Part shown: in pieces, positions 19,267 to 28,782 of the stretch
Layout: every line of letters begins with the position of its first letter
Position numbering within the stretch: the first letter of the stretch is position 1
NCBI GenBank assembly: GCA_004213155.1
Contig: SHAN01000001.1
Location: forward strand, 1 to 49,849
DNA length: 49,849 nt
Reading direction: 5' to 3'
From: Candidatus Pelagibacterales bacterium
GTDB lineage: Bacteria > Pseudomonadota > Alphaproteobacteria > Pelagibacterales > Pelagibacteraceae
Notes under the pieces: generated by a model
Database searches by the model: none
What the model was told of the DNA's origin: nothing
The model's input: only the letters and a program-made list of their open reading frames with translations
Program-made: the position numbers and the translations under genes

Positions 19267-19312
19267 ATGTATTTTTTATAATTAAATTAAGAAATATTCA
19301 ACAATAAGAAAT

Positions 19313-20581
19313 CTAGGCAGGTTTATTCATTGAATTAAAAAATTCGTCGTTATTTTTTGTATCACGAAGTTTACCACTTATAAATTCAATTGCATCCATT
19401 GTTCCCATTGGACTAATAATTCTTCTTAAAACATTCATTTTTTGAAGATCACCTTTTTCAAAAATTAATTCTTCTCTTCTTGTCCCAGATTTTGTTATAT
19501 CAATTGCCGGATATATTCTTTTATCAGAAATTTTTCTATCTAATACTAACTCGCTATTTCCCGTTCCTTTAAACTCTTCAAATATTACTTCGTCCATTCT
19601 ACTTCCTGTATCTATAAGAGCGGTTGAAATAATTGTTAACGATCCACCTTCTTCGATATTTCTTGCTGCACCAAAAAATCTTTTTGGTCTTTGAAGTGCA
19701 TTTGCATCAACACCACCAGTTAAAACTTTTCCTGAACTTGGTATAACTGCATTATATGCTCTTCCAAGTCTTGTTATAGAATCTAATAAAATTACAACAT
19801 CTTTTTTATGTTCTGATAATCTTTTGGCTTTCTCAATTACCATTTCAGCTACTGCTACGTGTCTTTGCGCAGGTTCGTCAAAAGTTGAACTTATCACTTC
19901 ACCTTTAACAGTTCTTTGCATATCTGTTACTTCTTCAGGTCTTTCATCTATTAATAAAACCATTAGATAAACTTCAGGATGATTTGCTGCAATAGATTGT
20001 GCAATGTTTTGTAAAATAATTGTCTTTCCAGCTTTGGGTGGTGAAATAATTAATGATCTTTGCCCTTTTCCAACTGGACTAACAAGGTCTATTAATCTTG
20101 CTGTTAGATCTGGTTTTTTTTCAACTTTTGTTGTCTCTATTTCCATTTTTAATTGTTGATCAGGGTATAATGGAGTGAGATTATCAAAAGCAATTTTGTG
20201 TTTCATTTTTTCAGGATCTTCAAAATTAATTTTACTAACTTTTAGTAATGCAAAATATCTTTCTCCATCCTTAGGCGCTCTCACAGGCCCTTCAACAGTA
20301 TCACCTTTCCTTAAACCAAATCTTCTTATTTGACTTGGACTAATATAAATATCGTCTGGTCCAGGTAAATAATTTGATTCCATGGCTCTTAAAAAACCAA
20401 AGCCATCCTGCAATGTTTCTAAAACACCGCTCCCTGTTATTTCTTCATTCTCGGCAAGTTTTTTTAATATTGCAAAAAGTATTTCTTGTTTTCGCAGCGT
20501 GCTCGCATTTTCAATTCCAAGCTTTTCAGCCTGTGTAATGAGCTGCTCTGAGCTATGCTTTTTAAGTTCTTGTATATTCAT
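19313..20581 (-). CDS. rho: transcription termination factor Rho
   Basis: It has the Walker A motif PPKAGKT and a Rho N-terminal RNA-binding domain. It is 422 aa. Confidence 0.97.
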   Translation of the reverse strand: MNIQELKKHSSEQLITQAEKLGIENASTLRKQEILFAILKKLAENEEITGSGVLETLQDGFGFLRAMESNYLPGPDDIYISPSQIRRFGLRKGDTVEGPVRAPKDGERYFALLKVSKINFEDPEKMKHKIAFDNLTPLYPDQQLKMEIETTKVEKKPDLTARLIDLVSPVGKGQRSLIISPPKAGKTIILQNIAQSIAANHPEVYLMVLLIDERPEEVTDMQRTVKGEVISSTFDEPAQRHVAVAEMVIEKAKRLSEHKKDVVILLDSITRLGRAYNAVIPSSGKVLTGGVDANALQRPKRFFGAARNIEEGGSLTIISTALIDTGSRMDEVIFEEFKGTGNSELVLDRKISDKRIYPAIDITKSGTRREELIFEKGDLQKMNVLRRIISPMGTMDAIEFISGKLRDTKNNDEFFNSMNKPA

Positions 20582-20643
20582 GTTGTGGGATTTTTTATTT
20601 GTAAGATGCTATTAATATATATACTCTTTTGATTATTTCAACC

Positions 20644-21078
20644 CTAGATTGGCTTAAAAATAACCAAAAATACAACAATAATCAAAATTACTGTTGGTAT
20701 TTCGTTAATAATTCTAAAAAATTTTGCAGATTTTGTGTTTGTAGAATTTTTTAAAGCAGCGAAACATCTCCCCAAGTAATCATTATATACTGAAAGTAAA
20801 ATTACTAACACAATCTTAATTTGCATCCATAATTGAGAAAAAATTTCTATTCCATTGAGATGGATTAATATTATTCCAAAAACCCAAGTAAATATCATGG
20901 CTGGACGCATAATATAATAAAACAATCTTCTCTCCATCACTTCAAATATATCTGTCGCCTCTTTCTTTTCCTTATTCTCCACATGATAAACAAAAATTCT
21001 TGGAAGATACAAAAGACCAGCCATCCAAGCAACAACAGCTATCAAGTGTAAACTTTTAAATAATAAATAACTATTCAT
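20644..21078 (-). CDS. hemJ: protoporphyrinogen IX oxidase HemJ (UPF0093 family)
   Basis: It has LHLIAVVAWMAGLLYLPRIFVYH, the family signature. It lies adjacent to hemH and hemE. Confidence 0.75.
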   Translation of the reverse strand: MNSYLLFKSLHLIAVVAWMAGLLYLPRIFVYHVENKEKKEATDIFEVMERRLFYYIMRPAMIFTWVFGIILIHLNGIEIFSQLWMQIKIVLVILLSVYNDYLGRCFAALKNSTNTKSAKFFRIINEIPTVILIIVVFLVIFKPI

Positions 21079-22105
21079 AACTTAAACATGGACACTTCTT
21101 AAATTTATTGGGACATTGTACCTTTGGAGGAAAAACCTTTCCATTGAAATTATAATCTTGTTTATTAATTATTAAATTAGACATTGCTTTTATATAATTT
21201 TCATTTGTTCCAAGCGCCGGCACTCTAGAGTAATTTCTACATCCATGTTTATCTGCCAATTCTTTATATTCTATATCTAGTTCAACTAAAGTTTCGGAAT
21301 GTTCTGATACAAATGCAATAGGTACCAATACAATGTGTTTTCCTAATTTAGAATTTTTCACAATTATATCGTCAGTAGATGGTCCAATCCATTTTAGAGG
21401 CCCAACTCGACTTTGATAACTTAAAATCCAATCCAAATCTTTAATGTTTAAAGATTCGACAATTTTATCAACAGATTGTTCTACTTGCCATTGATATGGA
21501 TCACCTTTTTTAATATTTTTTTCAGGTAAACCATGAGCAGAAAAAATTAATTTAAAATTTTCTAATTTATCAATTTTTTTCATTATTTCATTTTTATGTG
21601 CTTGAACAAAATTATCATCAGTTGGATAACAACAAATAGTACTAGTTTTGACTTTATATTGTTCATTTTCACAAACGTCATGCCATTCTTTAATTGAAGA
21701 ACCGGAGGTGGCCGCAGAGTATTGAGGATACAACGGAAGCAGTATAACTTCCTCTGGATTATATTTTTTAACATTTTGAATTACTTCATTGGCTCTTGGA
21801 TTCCAACATCTCATAACAACAAAACATTTATATTCATTACCATTTTTTTCTTCATTTAATTTTTTTTCCAAATTATTTGCTTGTTCATTAGTAAGTTTTA
21901 AAATGGGTGATGATCCTCCCAGCTCCTCATAAATTTTCTTTGCTACCGGCTCTCTTCTTTTTGATATTAATTTAGCAAGTGGATATCGAATTATTTTTGG
22001 TAAATTTAATATTGCTGGATCATAAAATAAATTAAACAAAAAAGGTCTTACATTTTCTAATTTATCTGGCCCACCAAGATTAAATAAAATTACTGCTTTT
22101 TTCAT
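21071..22105 (-). CDS. hemH: ferrochelatase
   Basis: It has LFNLGGPD, LLPLYPQYS and SAHGLP motifs. The C-terminus carries a Cys-x6-Cys-x-Cys cluster. Confidence 0.93.
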   Translation of the reverse strand: MKKAVILFNLGGPDKLENVRPFLFNLFYDPAILNLPKIIRYPLAKLISKRREPVAKKIYEELGGSSPILKLTNEQANNLEKKLNEEKNGNEYKCFVVMRCWNPRANEVIQNVKKYNPEEVILLPLYPQYSAATSGSSIKEWHDVCENEQYKVKTSTICCYPTDDNFVQAHKNEIMKKIDKLENFKLIFSAHGLPEKNIKKGDPYQWQVEQSVDKIVESLNIKDLDWILSYQSRVGPLKWIGPSTDDIIVKNSKLGKHIVLVPIAFVSEHSETLVELDIEYKELADKHGCRNYSRVPALGTNENYIKAMSNLIINKQDYNFNGKVFPPKVQCPNKFKKCPCLSYE

Positions 22106-23121
22106 TATTTCTTATTTCTAATTATATTTATAATAAATTCTATCATAGACGGATTAGTATTTGGTAAGACACCATGTCCTAAGTTAAATACATATGGATA
22201 ATCTTTAAAAATATTTAGATATTTATTTACTTCATTTTCTACATTCTTTTTATCAGTTAATAAAATTTTTGGATCTAATCCTCCTTGAACTGGTAAATTA
22301 TTTAAATTCTTTATAATCCACACAGGATCAATATTGTAATCAATGCTAATAGCAGATGGTTTAACAATTTCACAAAATTTTTTATATTCTTCTTTTTTAA
22401 TTCCTCTTGGAAAACAAATAATGGGTATCTTTTTTTTCTTTACATGTTCTACTACTTTCAAGTTAGGTATATAACAATACTTTAATAAATCTTTTTTGCT
22501 GAGAAGGCCTGCCCAAGAGTCAAAAATTTGTATTACATTAGCTCCTGCCTCTATTTGTTTATCAATATGTAAACATATGAATTCTTCTAATTTTAATAAT
22601 AAATTATCAATTATTGTTTCATCTTTAAAAAAATTATTAATATTGAAATCTTTTTTTGGTGATTGCTTATGAAGCATATAAATTAATAAAGTCCAAGGGG
22701 ATCCTGCAAAACCTATTAAGCTTTGATTTTTATAATTCATATTACTTTTAATTAAATTTAAACCTTTATAAACATTTTGAACTCGATTGATGAAAGTCTC
22801 AGCCGTAGTATTAATTAATGTATCTAAATCAAAATTTTTTAATAATGGCCCAAAGTTTTTTTGAAAAGTAACTATTTGTCCTAAACCATAAGGTATTATT
22901 AATATATCTGAAAATACAATAGTGGCATCTAGATCAAATCTTTTTGACGGTTGTAAACTAATTTCATTTACCAAATTACTATTTAAACAAAGTTTTATAA
23001 AATCAGGATTATTTTTTCTTATATCTCTAAATTCCGGCAAATACCTACCAGCTTGCCTCATAAACCAAATAGGCACATTGGTATAGTTTTTATTTTCTAA
23101 ACAATTATTTAATCTCCTCAT
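22105..23121 (-). CDS. hemE: uroporphyrinogen decarboxylase
   Basis: It has the N-terminal signature PIWFMRQAGRYLPEF. Confidence 0.95.
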   Translation of the reverse strand: MRRLNNCLENKNYTNVPIWFMRQAGRYLPEFRDIRKNNPDFIKLCLNSNLVNEISLQPSKRFDLDATIVFSDILIIPYGLGQIVTFQKNFGPLLKNFDLDTLINTTAETFINRVQNVYKGLNLIKSNMNYKNQSLIGFAGSPWTLLIYMLHKQSPKKDFNINNFFKDETIIDNLLLKLEEFICLHIDKQIEAGANVIQIFDSWAGLLSKKDLLKYCYIPNLKVVEHVKKKKIPIICFPRGIKKEEYKKFCEIVKPSAISIDYNIDPVWIIKNLNNLPVQGGLDPKILLTDKKNVENEVNKYLNIFKDYPYVFNLGHGVLPNTNPSMIEFIINIIRNKK

Positions 23122-23404
23122 AAATAAATAAATATAAGTTAAAGGTATATTTAGTAGTATACTTTGTTAATAAGTTTAATTATTTTTTTTACACATTTTT
23201 TTCAAGATTTATTAACATATAGAACAACTTAATAGCTGTTATTTTAAAGAAAACTACAAAATTTATTGAAATATTTAATAACTTTATTTTTTTATACATA
23301 TTTAATAAAATGTTAATTGATTATGATTATTTTTAATAAAAAGACTGAATAATTAAAATTATTAATAATTATTAGTTATTAAACAAGTTATTAACAGTTT
23401 ATAA
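23122..23404. other. putative chromosomal replication origin (alphaproteobacterial hemE-type Cori)
   Basis: This is the largest intergenic gap in the window and is very AT-rich. It lies between divergent hemE and the DUF299 gene, the conserved origin position in Caulobacter and Rickettsia. It contains three exact copies of TTATTAACA, other 7/9 DnaA-box-like 9-mers, and one TTAA-N7-TTAA. Genes point away from it on both sides. Confidence 0.6.
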
Positions 23405-24226
23405 ATGAATAATACATACCAGGTTTATCTTATTTCGGATTCAACAGGAGAAACTCTTGATAGAATATTTCTTGCTCTTCAAGCACAATTTTCTAATTTT
23501 ACATATAAATCGCATCAGTATTCATTCATCAGAACCGAAAACCAAATATTAAAAACTCTGGAAAAATGTAAAAAACAAAAAAATTCAATAATTTTATATA
23601 CAATTGTTGATATTAAATTAGCAAAATTTCTTGGAAAAAAAAGTGAAGAATTTAAAATCCCATGTTTTGGAGTATTGGGAGATTTAATTTTAAGATTTTC
23701 TAAATTATTACATCAACAGGCAACCCATATTCCAAGTGGCCAACATGTTTTAGACGAAGATTATTATAAAAGAATTGAAGCAATTCAATTTACAATGAAT
23801 CATGATGATGGCAAAGAGACCAAAGACATAGAAAAATCTGATATTGTTTTATTAGGAGTTAGTAGAACAAGCAAAACACCAACTTCTATTTATTTAGCAA
23901 ACAGGGGTTATAAAACATCTAATATTCCAATTATATCTGAAAAATCCTTACCAAAAAAAATAATAGAAAATCCGAAACTAACATGTGTTATAGGTTTATT
24001 AAGTGAGGCATCAAGATTGATTGATATAAGAAAAAATCGAATTGCAATTCTAAAAGAAAAAGATGTAAGCACCTATACAGATCTCGATACAATTGAAAAT
24101 GAAATTAAAATTGCAAAAAATTTATATAGAAAATTTGGCTGGCCAACCATTGATGTAACAAGAAAGTCAGTAGAAGAAACAGCTGCATCAGTTATAAAAA
24201 TATATGATATAATGCACAGCCAATGA
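23405..24226 (+). CDS. pyruvate phosphate dikinase / PEP synthase regulatory protein (DUF299, PDRP)
   Basis: It has the N-terminal motif LISDSTGETL and the P-loop GVSRTSKTPTS. Confidence 0.85.
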   Translation: MNNTYQVYLISDSTGETLDRIFLALQAQFSNFTYKSHQYSFIRTENQILKTLEKCKKQKNSIILYTIVDIKLAKFLGKKSEEFKIPCFGVLGDLILRFSKLLHQQATHIPSGQHVLDEDYYKRIEAIQFTMNHDDGKETKDIEKSDIVLLGVSRTSKTPTSIYLANRGYKTSNIPIISEKSLPKKIIENPKLTCVIGLLSEASRLIDIRKNRIAILKEKDVSTYTDLDTIENEIKIAKNLYRKFGWPTIDVTRKSVEETAASVIKIYDIMHSQ

Positions 24227-24813
24227 GTTTTAAAATTATACTTGCCTCTAAAAGTGAAGTAAGAAAAAAAATTCTTCAAGAAAATAATATTTTTTGCGAA
24301 GTAATACCTTCTAATGTTGATGAAGATATGGTCAAGAAATCATTAGAAAATGAAAAAGCCAATCCAGAATTAATTTCGAAAAATTTAGCAGAACTTAAGG
24401 CTAACAAAGTAAGTGAAAAAAAAAACGATGAAATTGTATTAGGAGCAGATAGTGTTATAGATCTGAATGGTGAATTAATTTCTAAGCCCACAGATAGAAG
24501 AGAGGCATTGGATATTTTAAAAAAATTAAATGGAAAAAAACACAGATTAATCAGCTCAGTTTGCATATCTAAAAATGGTTCAATGATTTGGAACTACACC
24601 GAATCAGCTGAATTAACTATGAAATCTATGAATATCGAAGATCTTCAATTGTATTTATCAAAAATTAAAGACAAAGAATTGTATGCTTATAATGTTTATC
24701 AAATTGAGGGAGAGGGAAGAAAATTATTCTCAAAAATTGAAGGTGATGAAAATACTATTATGGGCCTGCCTGTCGAAAAAATAAAAAATTATTTAAGTAA
24801 TTTAAATAACTAA
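24223..24813 (+). CDS. maf: Maf-like nucleoside triphosphate pyrophosphatase
   Basis: It has ILASKSEVRKKIL and GADSV motifs. It overlaps the upstream gene as ATGA. Confidence 0.85.
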   Translation: MSFKIILASKSEVRKKILQENNIFCEVIPSNVDEDMVKKSLENEKANPELISKNLAELKANKVSEKKNDEIVLGADSVIDLNGELISKPTDRREALDILKKLNGKKHRLISSVCISKNGSMIWNYTESAELTMKSMNIEDLQLYLSKIKDKELYAYNVYQIEGEGRKLFSKIEGDENTIMGLPVEKIKNYLSNLNN

Positions 24814-24838
24814 TTTTTCATATATTATAGAATTCAAA

Positions 24839-25633
24839 ATGAAAAAATACTTAGTAATAGGAAACCCAATCGAACATTCTCTATCTCCAAAATTACATAA
24901 TTACTGGATTAAAAAAAATAATATTAATGCTATATATGAAAAAAAACTTCTCGAAGAAAAAGAAATAAAAAGCGTAATATCTGATGTTAGGAGTAAAAAA
25001 ATTAGTGGAATAAATGTTACAGTTCCATTTAAAAAAGTTGTAATTCCTTTTTTGGATCATTTAAGCTCAGAAGCCGAAGAAACACAATCAGTAAATACGA
25101 TTTATTTAGAAAATAATAAAATTATTGGTCATAATACAGATATTGCTGGATTTGTTCTTGGTATTAAAAGTATTAATTATCAGGTTAAAAATAAAAATAT
25201 ATTTATACTAGGAGCCGGTGGAGTAGTTCCATCAATTATTTTAGCTTTAAAACAAATGGGTGCAGCAAAAATTATTGTGAGCAACAGAACAAAAGAAAAA
25301 GCCCAAGATTTAAAAAGATTATTCCCAAATTTAGAAATTTTAAATTGGGGAGATATGGCAGATTTTAATATGATCATCAATGCAACTAGTATTGGACTTA
25401 AAAATAAAGACAAAATAAACCTAGAATATAAAAATATAGAGCCTGACAAATTATTTTATGATCTAATTTATAATCCAGTTGAAACAAATTTTTTAAAAAA
25501 TGCGAAGCAAATGGGAAATCAAACAGAAAATGGAAAAATGATGTTTATTTATCAGGCTCATCAATCTTTTACAATCTGGCATAAAATTATGCCAGAAATA
25601 GATGAGAAAGTTATTAAATTGTTAGATGTATGA
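24839..25633 (+). CDS. aroE: shikimate dehydrogenase
   Basis: It has GNPIEHSLSP, NVTVPFK and GAGG motifs. Confidence 0.9.
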   Translation: MKKYLVIGNPIEHSLSPKLHNYWIKKNNINAIYEKKLLEEKEIKSVISDVRSKKISGINVTVPFKKVVIPFLDHLSSEAEETQSVNTIYLENNKIIGHNTDIAGFVLGIKSINYQVKNKNIFILGAGGVVPSIILALKQMGAAKIIVSNRTKEKAQDLKRLFPNLEILNWGDMADFNMIINATSIGLKNKDKINLEYKNIEPDKLFYDLIYNPVETNFLKNAKQMGNQTENGKMMFIYQAHQSFTIWHKIMPEIDEKVIKLLDV

Positions 25634-26202
25634 TTAAGATTGGAATTATTGGTGATATTGGCTCTGGTAAAAGTTATATTGCAAAGCAATTTGGTTATCC
25701 AGTATTTAATGCAGATAATGAAGTTCAAAATTTATATAAAAAAAATAAAAAATGTTTTAAAAAATTAAATAAAATTTTACCCAATTATATTATTTCTTAT
25801 CCAATTAAAAAAGAGGAAATTTTAAAAGCAATTTTATCTAATAACAGAAATTTGAAAAAAATAGGAAAAGTTATTCATCCAGAAGTAAGTCTAAGAATGA
25901 ATAAATTTATAAAAAATAATAAAAAAAAAAAATTTATTATTCTTGATGTTCCATTATTAATAGAAAATAAAATTAATAAAAAAAAAGATATATTAGTTTT
26001 TATTGATGCCAAAAAAAAAGAAATTAATAAAAGATTAAAAAAAAGAATTGGGTATAATAAAAAAATTATAAGAATTTTGAAAAAACTTCAACTTCCTGTA
26101 GAATTTAAAAGAAAAAAATCTCAATTTATCATAAAAAATAATTTTAAAACCAACTCTATTAAAAAAAATGTTAAAATGATTTTAAAAAAAATTAATATTT
26201 AA
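25630..26202 (+). CDS. coaE: dephospho-CoA kinase
   Basis: It has the P-loop GDIGSGKS. It sits between aroE and dnaQ. Confidence 0.85.
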   Translation: MIKIGIIGDIGSGKSYIAKQFGYPVFNADNEVQNLYKKNKKCFKKLNKILPNYIISYPIKKEEILKAILSNNRNLKKIGKVIHPEVSLRMNKFIKNNKKKKFIILDVPLLIENKINKKKDILVFIDAKKKEINKRLKKRIGYNKKIIRILKKLQLPVEFKRKKSQFIIKNNFKTNSIKKNVKMILKKINI

Positions 26203-26876
26203 TGATTGAAGTTGTATTAGATACAGAAACAACAGGGCTTTCAGTACGAGATGGCCATAGAATAGTAGAAATTGGTTGTGTAGAATTAGAAAATAGAATT
26301 CCAACAAAAAACTTTTTTCATTGTTATCTTAATCCTGATCGTAAAGTTTCAGCCGAAGCATTAAAAGTTCATGGTTATACAGATGAATTTTTATCTAATA
26401 AAAAAAAATTTCAAGATGTAGTTGATGACTTTCTCAAATTTATAGAAAATAAAAATTTGATTATTCATAATGCAAGTTTTGATATGTCTCATTTAAACAA
26501 TGAACTTAAGATAGTTGGCAAGAAAACTTTAAATAATGATCTAGTTATAGATACTTTAGAAATTGCTAGAGAAAAATTTCCTGGTTCTCAAATTAGTCTA
26601 GATGCACTTTGTAAGAAGTTTAGGATTGACAATTCTAAAAGAGAAAAACATAGCGCTATAATTGACTGTGAATTGTTAGCAAAAGTATACATTAATTTAA
26701 TAGATGAGAAAGAACCATTATTAGATTTTTCAAGTGAAAAAAATGATGAAATTATAAAAAAAAATCAATTTAGTAAAAATAAATTTTCAAAAATAAAAAT
26801 TCTTCCGACTGAAGAAGAAATTAATTTACATAAAGCATTTTTAAAAAAAGAAATAAAGAGAAATTTTTATAATTAA
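26202..26876 (+). CDS. dnaQ: DNA polymerase III subunit epsilon
   Basis: It has Exo I (LDTETTGL), Exo II (IHNASFD) and Exo III (HSAIIDCELL) motifs. Confidence 0.93.
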   Translation: MIEVVLDTETTGLSVRDGHRIVEIGCVELENRIPTKNFFHCYLNPDRKVSAEALKVHGYTDEFLSNKKKFQDVVDDFLKFIENKNLIIHNASFDMSHLNNELKIVGKKTLNNDLVIDTLEIAREKFPGSQISLDALCKKFRIDNSKREKHSAIIDCELLAKVYINLIDEKEPLLDFSSEKNDEIIKKNQFSKNKFSKIKILPTEEEINLHKAFLKKEIKRNFYN

Positions 26877-27325
26877 TTTAGTCTTTCGTTATATAATTTT
26901 TCAAAATCTATTTTTTTTTCTAGTTTTATTTCAGGTAGACCAGATGTAGTTAGTAGAGAAATAAAAATTTTTTCTAAATTTGGGTATATTGTTTTTGGCA
27001 CATCACATAAAATAATTTTTTCTAATTCTTTTTTTTCATTAACGTCGTCCTCTATTTTAATTACAGTTGTATATGTAATTTCAAAGTGTGATCTTTTATT
27101 TTCTAAATTTTTGTCTTCAAACTTTAAAATAGTATTTACTTCAATTATTTTATTTTTTATGGGTTTACTATTTAAATCAATATTTAAATGATATTTATTA
27201 ATATTTTCTCTTACAAAAATAAATGTTTCAATGTCAGGTGTTTCACTAGACATATCTTTAACAAATTCCGCTAATATTTTATATTTTTTATTTGTTGTTT
27301 TCGTCTCTGTCTTCATATTCTCCAT
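26873..27325 (-). CDS. secB: protein-export chaperone SecB
   Basis: It has a SecB-like N-terminus (ILAEFVKDMSSETP), is about 150 aa, and sits in the conserved position next to dnaQ. The start could instead be the Met at 27316. Confidence 0.85.
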   Translation of the reverse strand: MENMKTETKTTNKKYKILAEFVKDMSSETPDIETFIFVRENINKYHLNIDLNSKPIKNKIIEVNTILKFEDKNLENKRSHFEITYTTVIKIEDDVNEKKELEKIILCDVPKTIYPNLEKIFISLLTTSGLPEIKLEKKIDFEKLYNERLN

Positions 27326-27704
27326 CTATAAAATTATTTTTAACCTTTGTATCACTAGTATATTTATTTGAAAATTTTTTCATAAATATTTTTCTTGTTG
27401 GTGGAAATATTAATAGGAAACCAATTAAGTCTGTGGCAAATCCTGGTAATATTAATAATAAAGCAGCAAAAGCTAAAGCTGCTCCCGAAATCATCTCATA
27501 TATTGGTATTTCATTTTTCATCATTTGAGACATGCCAGATCTTATTGTATTGAATCCTTCATATCTTGCATACATAACCCCAATAAATGCAGTTATTAAA
27601 ATTAATGAAATTGTATTAAATGCGCCAAGATATGATCCAACTTTTATAAATAAAAATATTTCTATTAAAGGAATGCCAATTATTAATAAAAGTACTGAGT
27701 TCAT
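27288..27704 (-). CDS. fxsA: FxsA family membrane protein
   Basis: It has LLLIIGIPLIEIFLFIKVGSYLG and LLILPGFATD motifs. Confidence 0.8.
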   Translation of the reverse strand: MNSVLLLIIGIPLIEIFLFIKVGSYLGAFNTISLILITAFIGVMYARYEGFNTIRSGMSQMMKNEIPIYEMISGAALAFAALLLILPGFATDLIGFLLIFPPTRKIFMKKFSNKYTSDTKVKNNFIDGEYEDRDENNK

Positions 27705-27771
27705 TTGTCTTAATTCTTTTTTTGTTTATTGAAATAAATCATTATACTCAATAAGATATAATATATAAAAC

Positions 27772-28359
27772 ATGAATTACAGCTTTGAATATATAGATAT
27801 TATCCTTTTAGCAATGATTGTGGGATTTATTTTCCTAAGACTAAGAGGGATATTGGGTAGAAGAAATGGAAATGAAGAAACTTTTCCTGGCCATATGGCT
27901 CAAAAATTTCAACAAAAAGCAAATTTTAAAAAATTTGATAAATATGTTTTTGATGATGATGAGAAACAAAAATTTATTAAAGGTGCAAAATTAGCATATG
28001 AAACGATTATTACTTCTTTTGGCAAAGGTGAACTTAGTCAATTAAAACATCTTTTAGATAAAGATATTTATAAAAATTTTTCTGATGCAATTAAGGAAAG
28101 AAAAGAAAAAAAAATAAAATCAGAAACTACATTTATTGGTATTAAATCTGCAAAGATAAAAGATTATACAGAAAAAGATAATATTTATACTGTGACAGTA
28201 GATTTTATTAGTGAAATAATTACTTATTCAAAAAATAATGAAAATCAAATAATTTCTGGAGATCCAGAAAAAATAAAAGTTGTCTCAGATACCTGGAAAT
28301 TTTTAAAAGATCAGAAAAAAAATAGTCCAATTTGGTTATTAATTCAAACACAGGAATAA
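27772..28359 (+). CDS. Tim44-like domain protein
   Basis: It has one N-terminal TM segment followed by a roughly 150-aa C-terminal Tim44-like domain. It sits in the conserved alphaproteobacterial position near secB. Confidence 0.65.
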   Translation: MNYSFEYIDIILLAMIVGFIFLRLRGILGRRNGNEETFPGHMAQKFQQKANFKKFDKYVFDDDEKQKFIKGAKLAYETIITSFGKGELSQLKHLLDKDIYKNFSDAIKERKEKKIKSETTFIGIKSAKIKDYTEKDNIYTVTVDFISEIITYSKNNENQIISGDPEKIKVVSDTWKFLKDQKKNSPIWLLIQTQE

Positions 28360-28782
28360 TTGAATAAAAAAATTTCAGAAGATGATATTAAAGCTTGGAA
28401 CGATTTTGTTTCCAGCGATAAACCTATAGAAAATAAAGATAAAAATTTAGAAGCAATTAATAAAAATATTGGAAGAATTAAAAAAATAGATTTACATGGC
28501 TATTCTTTAGATGAAGCAAATAAAAAAATTGAAGAGTTAATTTTTGATTTTTACCAAAAAAAAATACATAAAATAATTGTAATAACAGGAAAGGGTACAA
28601 GGTCAAATAATGAAAGTAACCCATATGTTTCAAAAGATTTGAGTCTTTTAAAACATTCTGTTCCAGATTTTTTGCGTAATAGTGAAAGCTTAAAAAAAAT
28701 TATTAAAGATATTACAGAGGCAGATATTAAAGATGGTGGATCTGGTGCTTTCTATATTTATTTAAATAGAATTAAAGAATAA
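28360..28782 (+). CDS. Smr (small MutS-related) domain protein
   Basis: It has [11 protein letters not shown] ... VITGKG motifs. It has a TTG start directly after the upstream stop. Confidence 0.75.
   Translation: MNKKISEDDIKAWNDFVSSDKPIENKDKNLEAINKNIGRIKKIDLHGYSLDEANKKIEELIFDFYQKKIHKIIVITGKGTRSNNESNPYVSKDLSLLKHSVPDFLRNSESLKKIIKDITEADIKDGGSGAFYIYLNRIKE

Noticed and set aside
27288-27325. A 29-38 nt same-strand overlap between the fxsA 3-prime end and the secB start.
   Set aside because: It is probably ordinary tight packing with translational coupling, and the uncertain secB start (27325 or 27316) accounts for the range. I saw no slippery site or frameshift signal.
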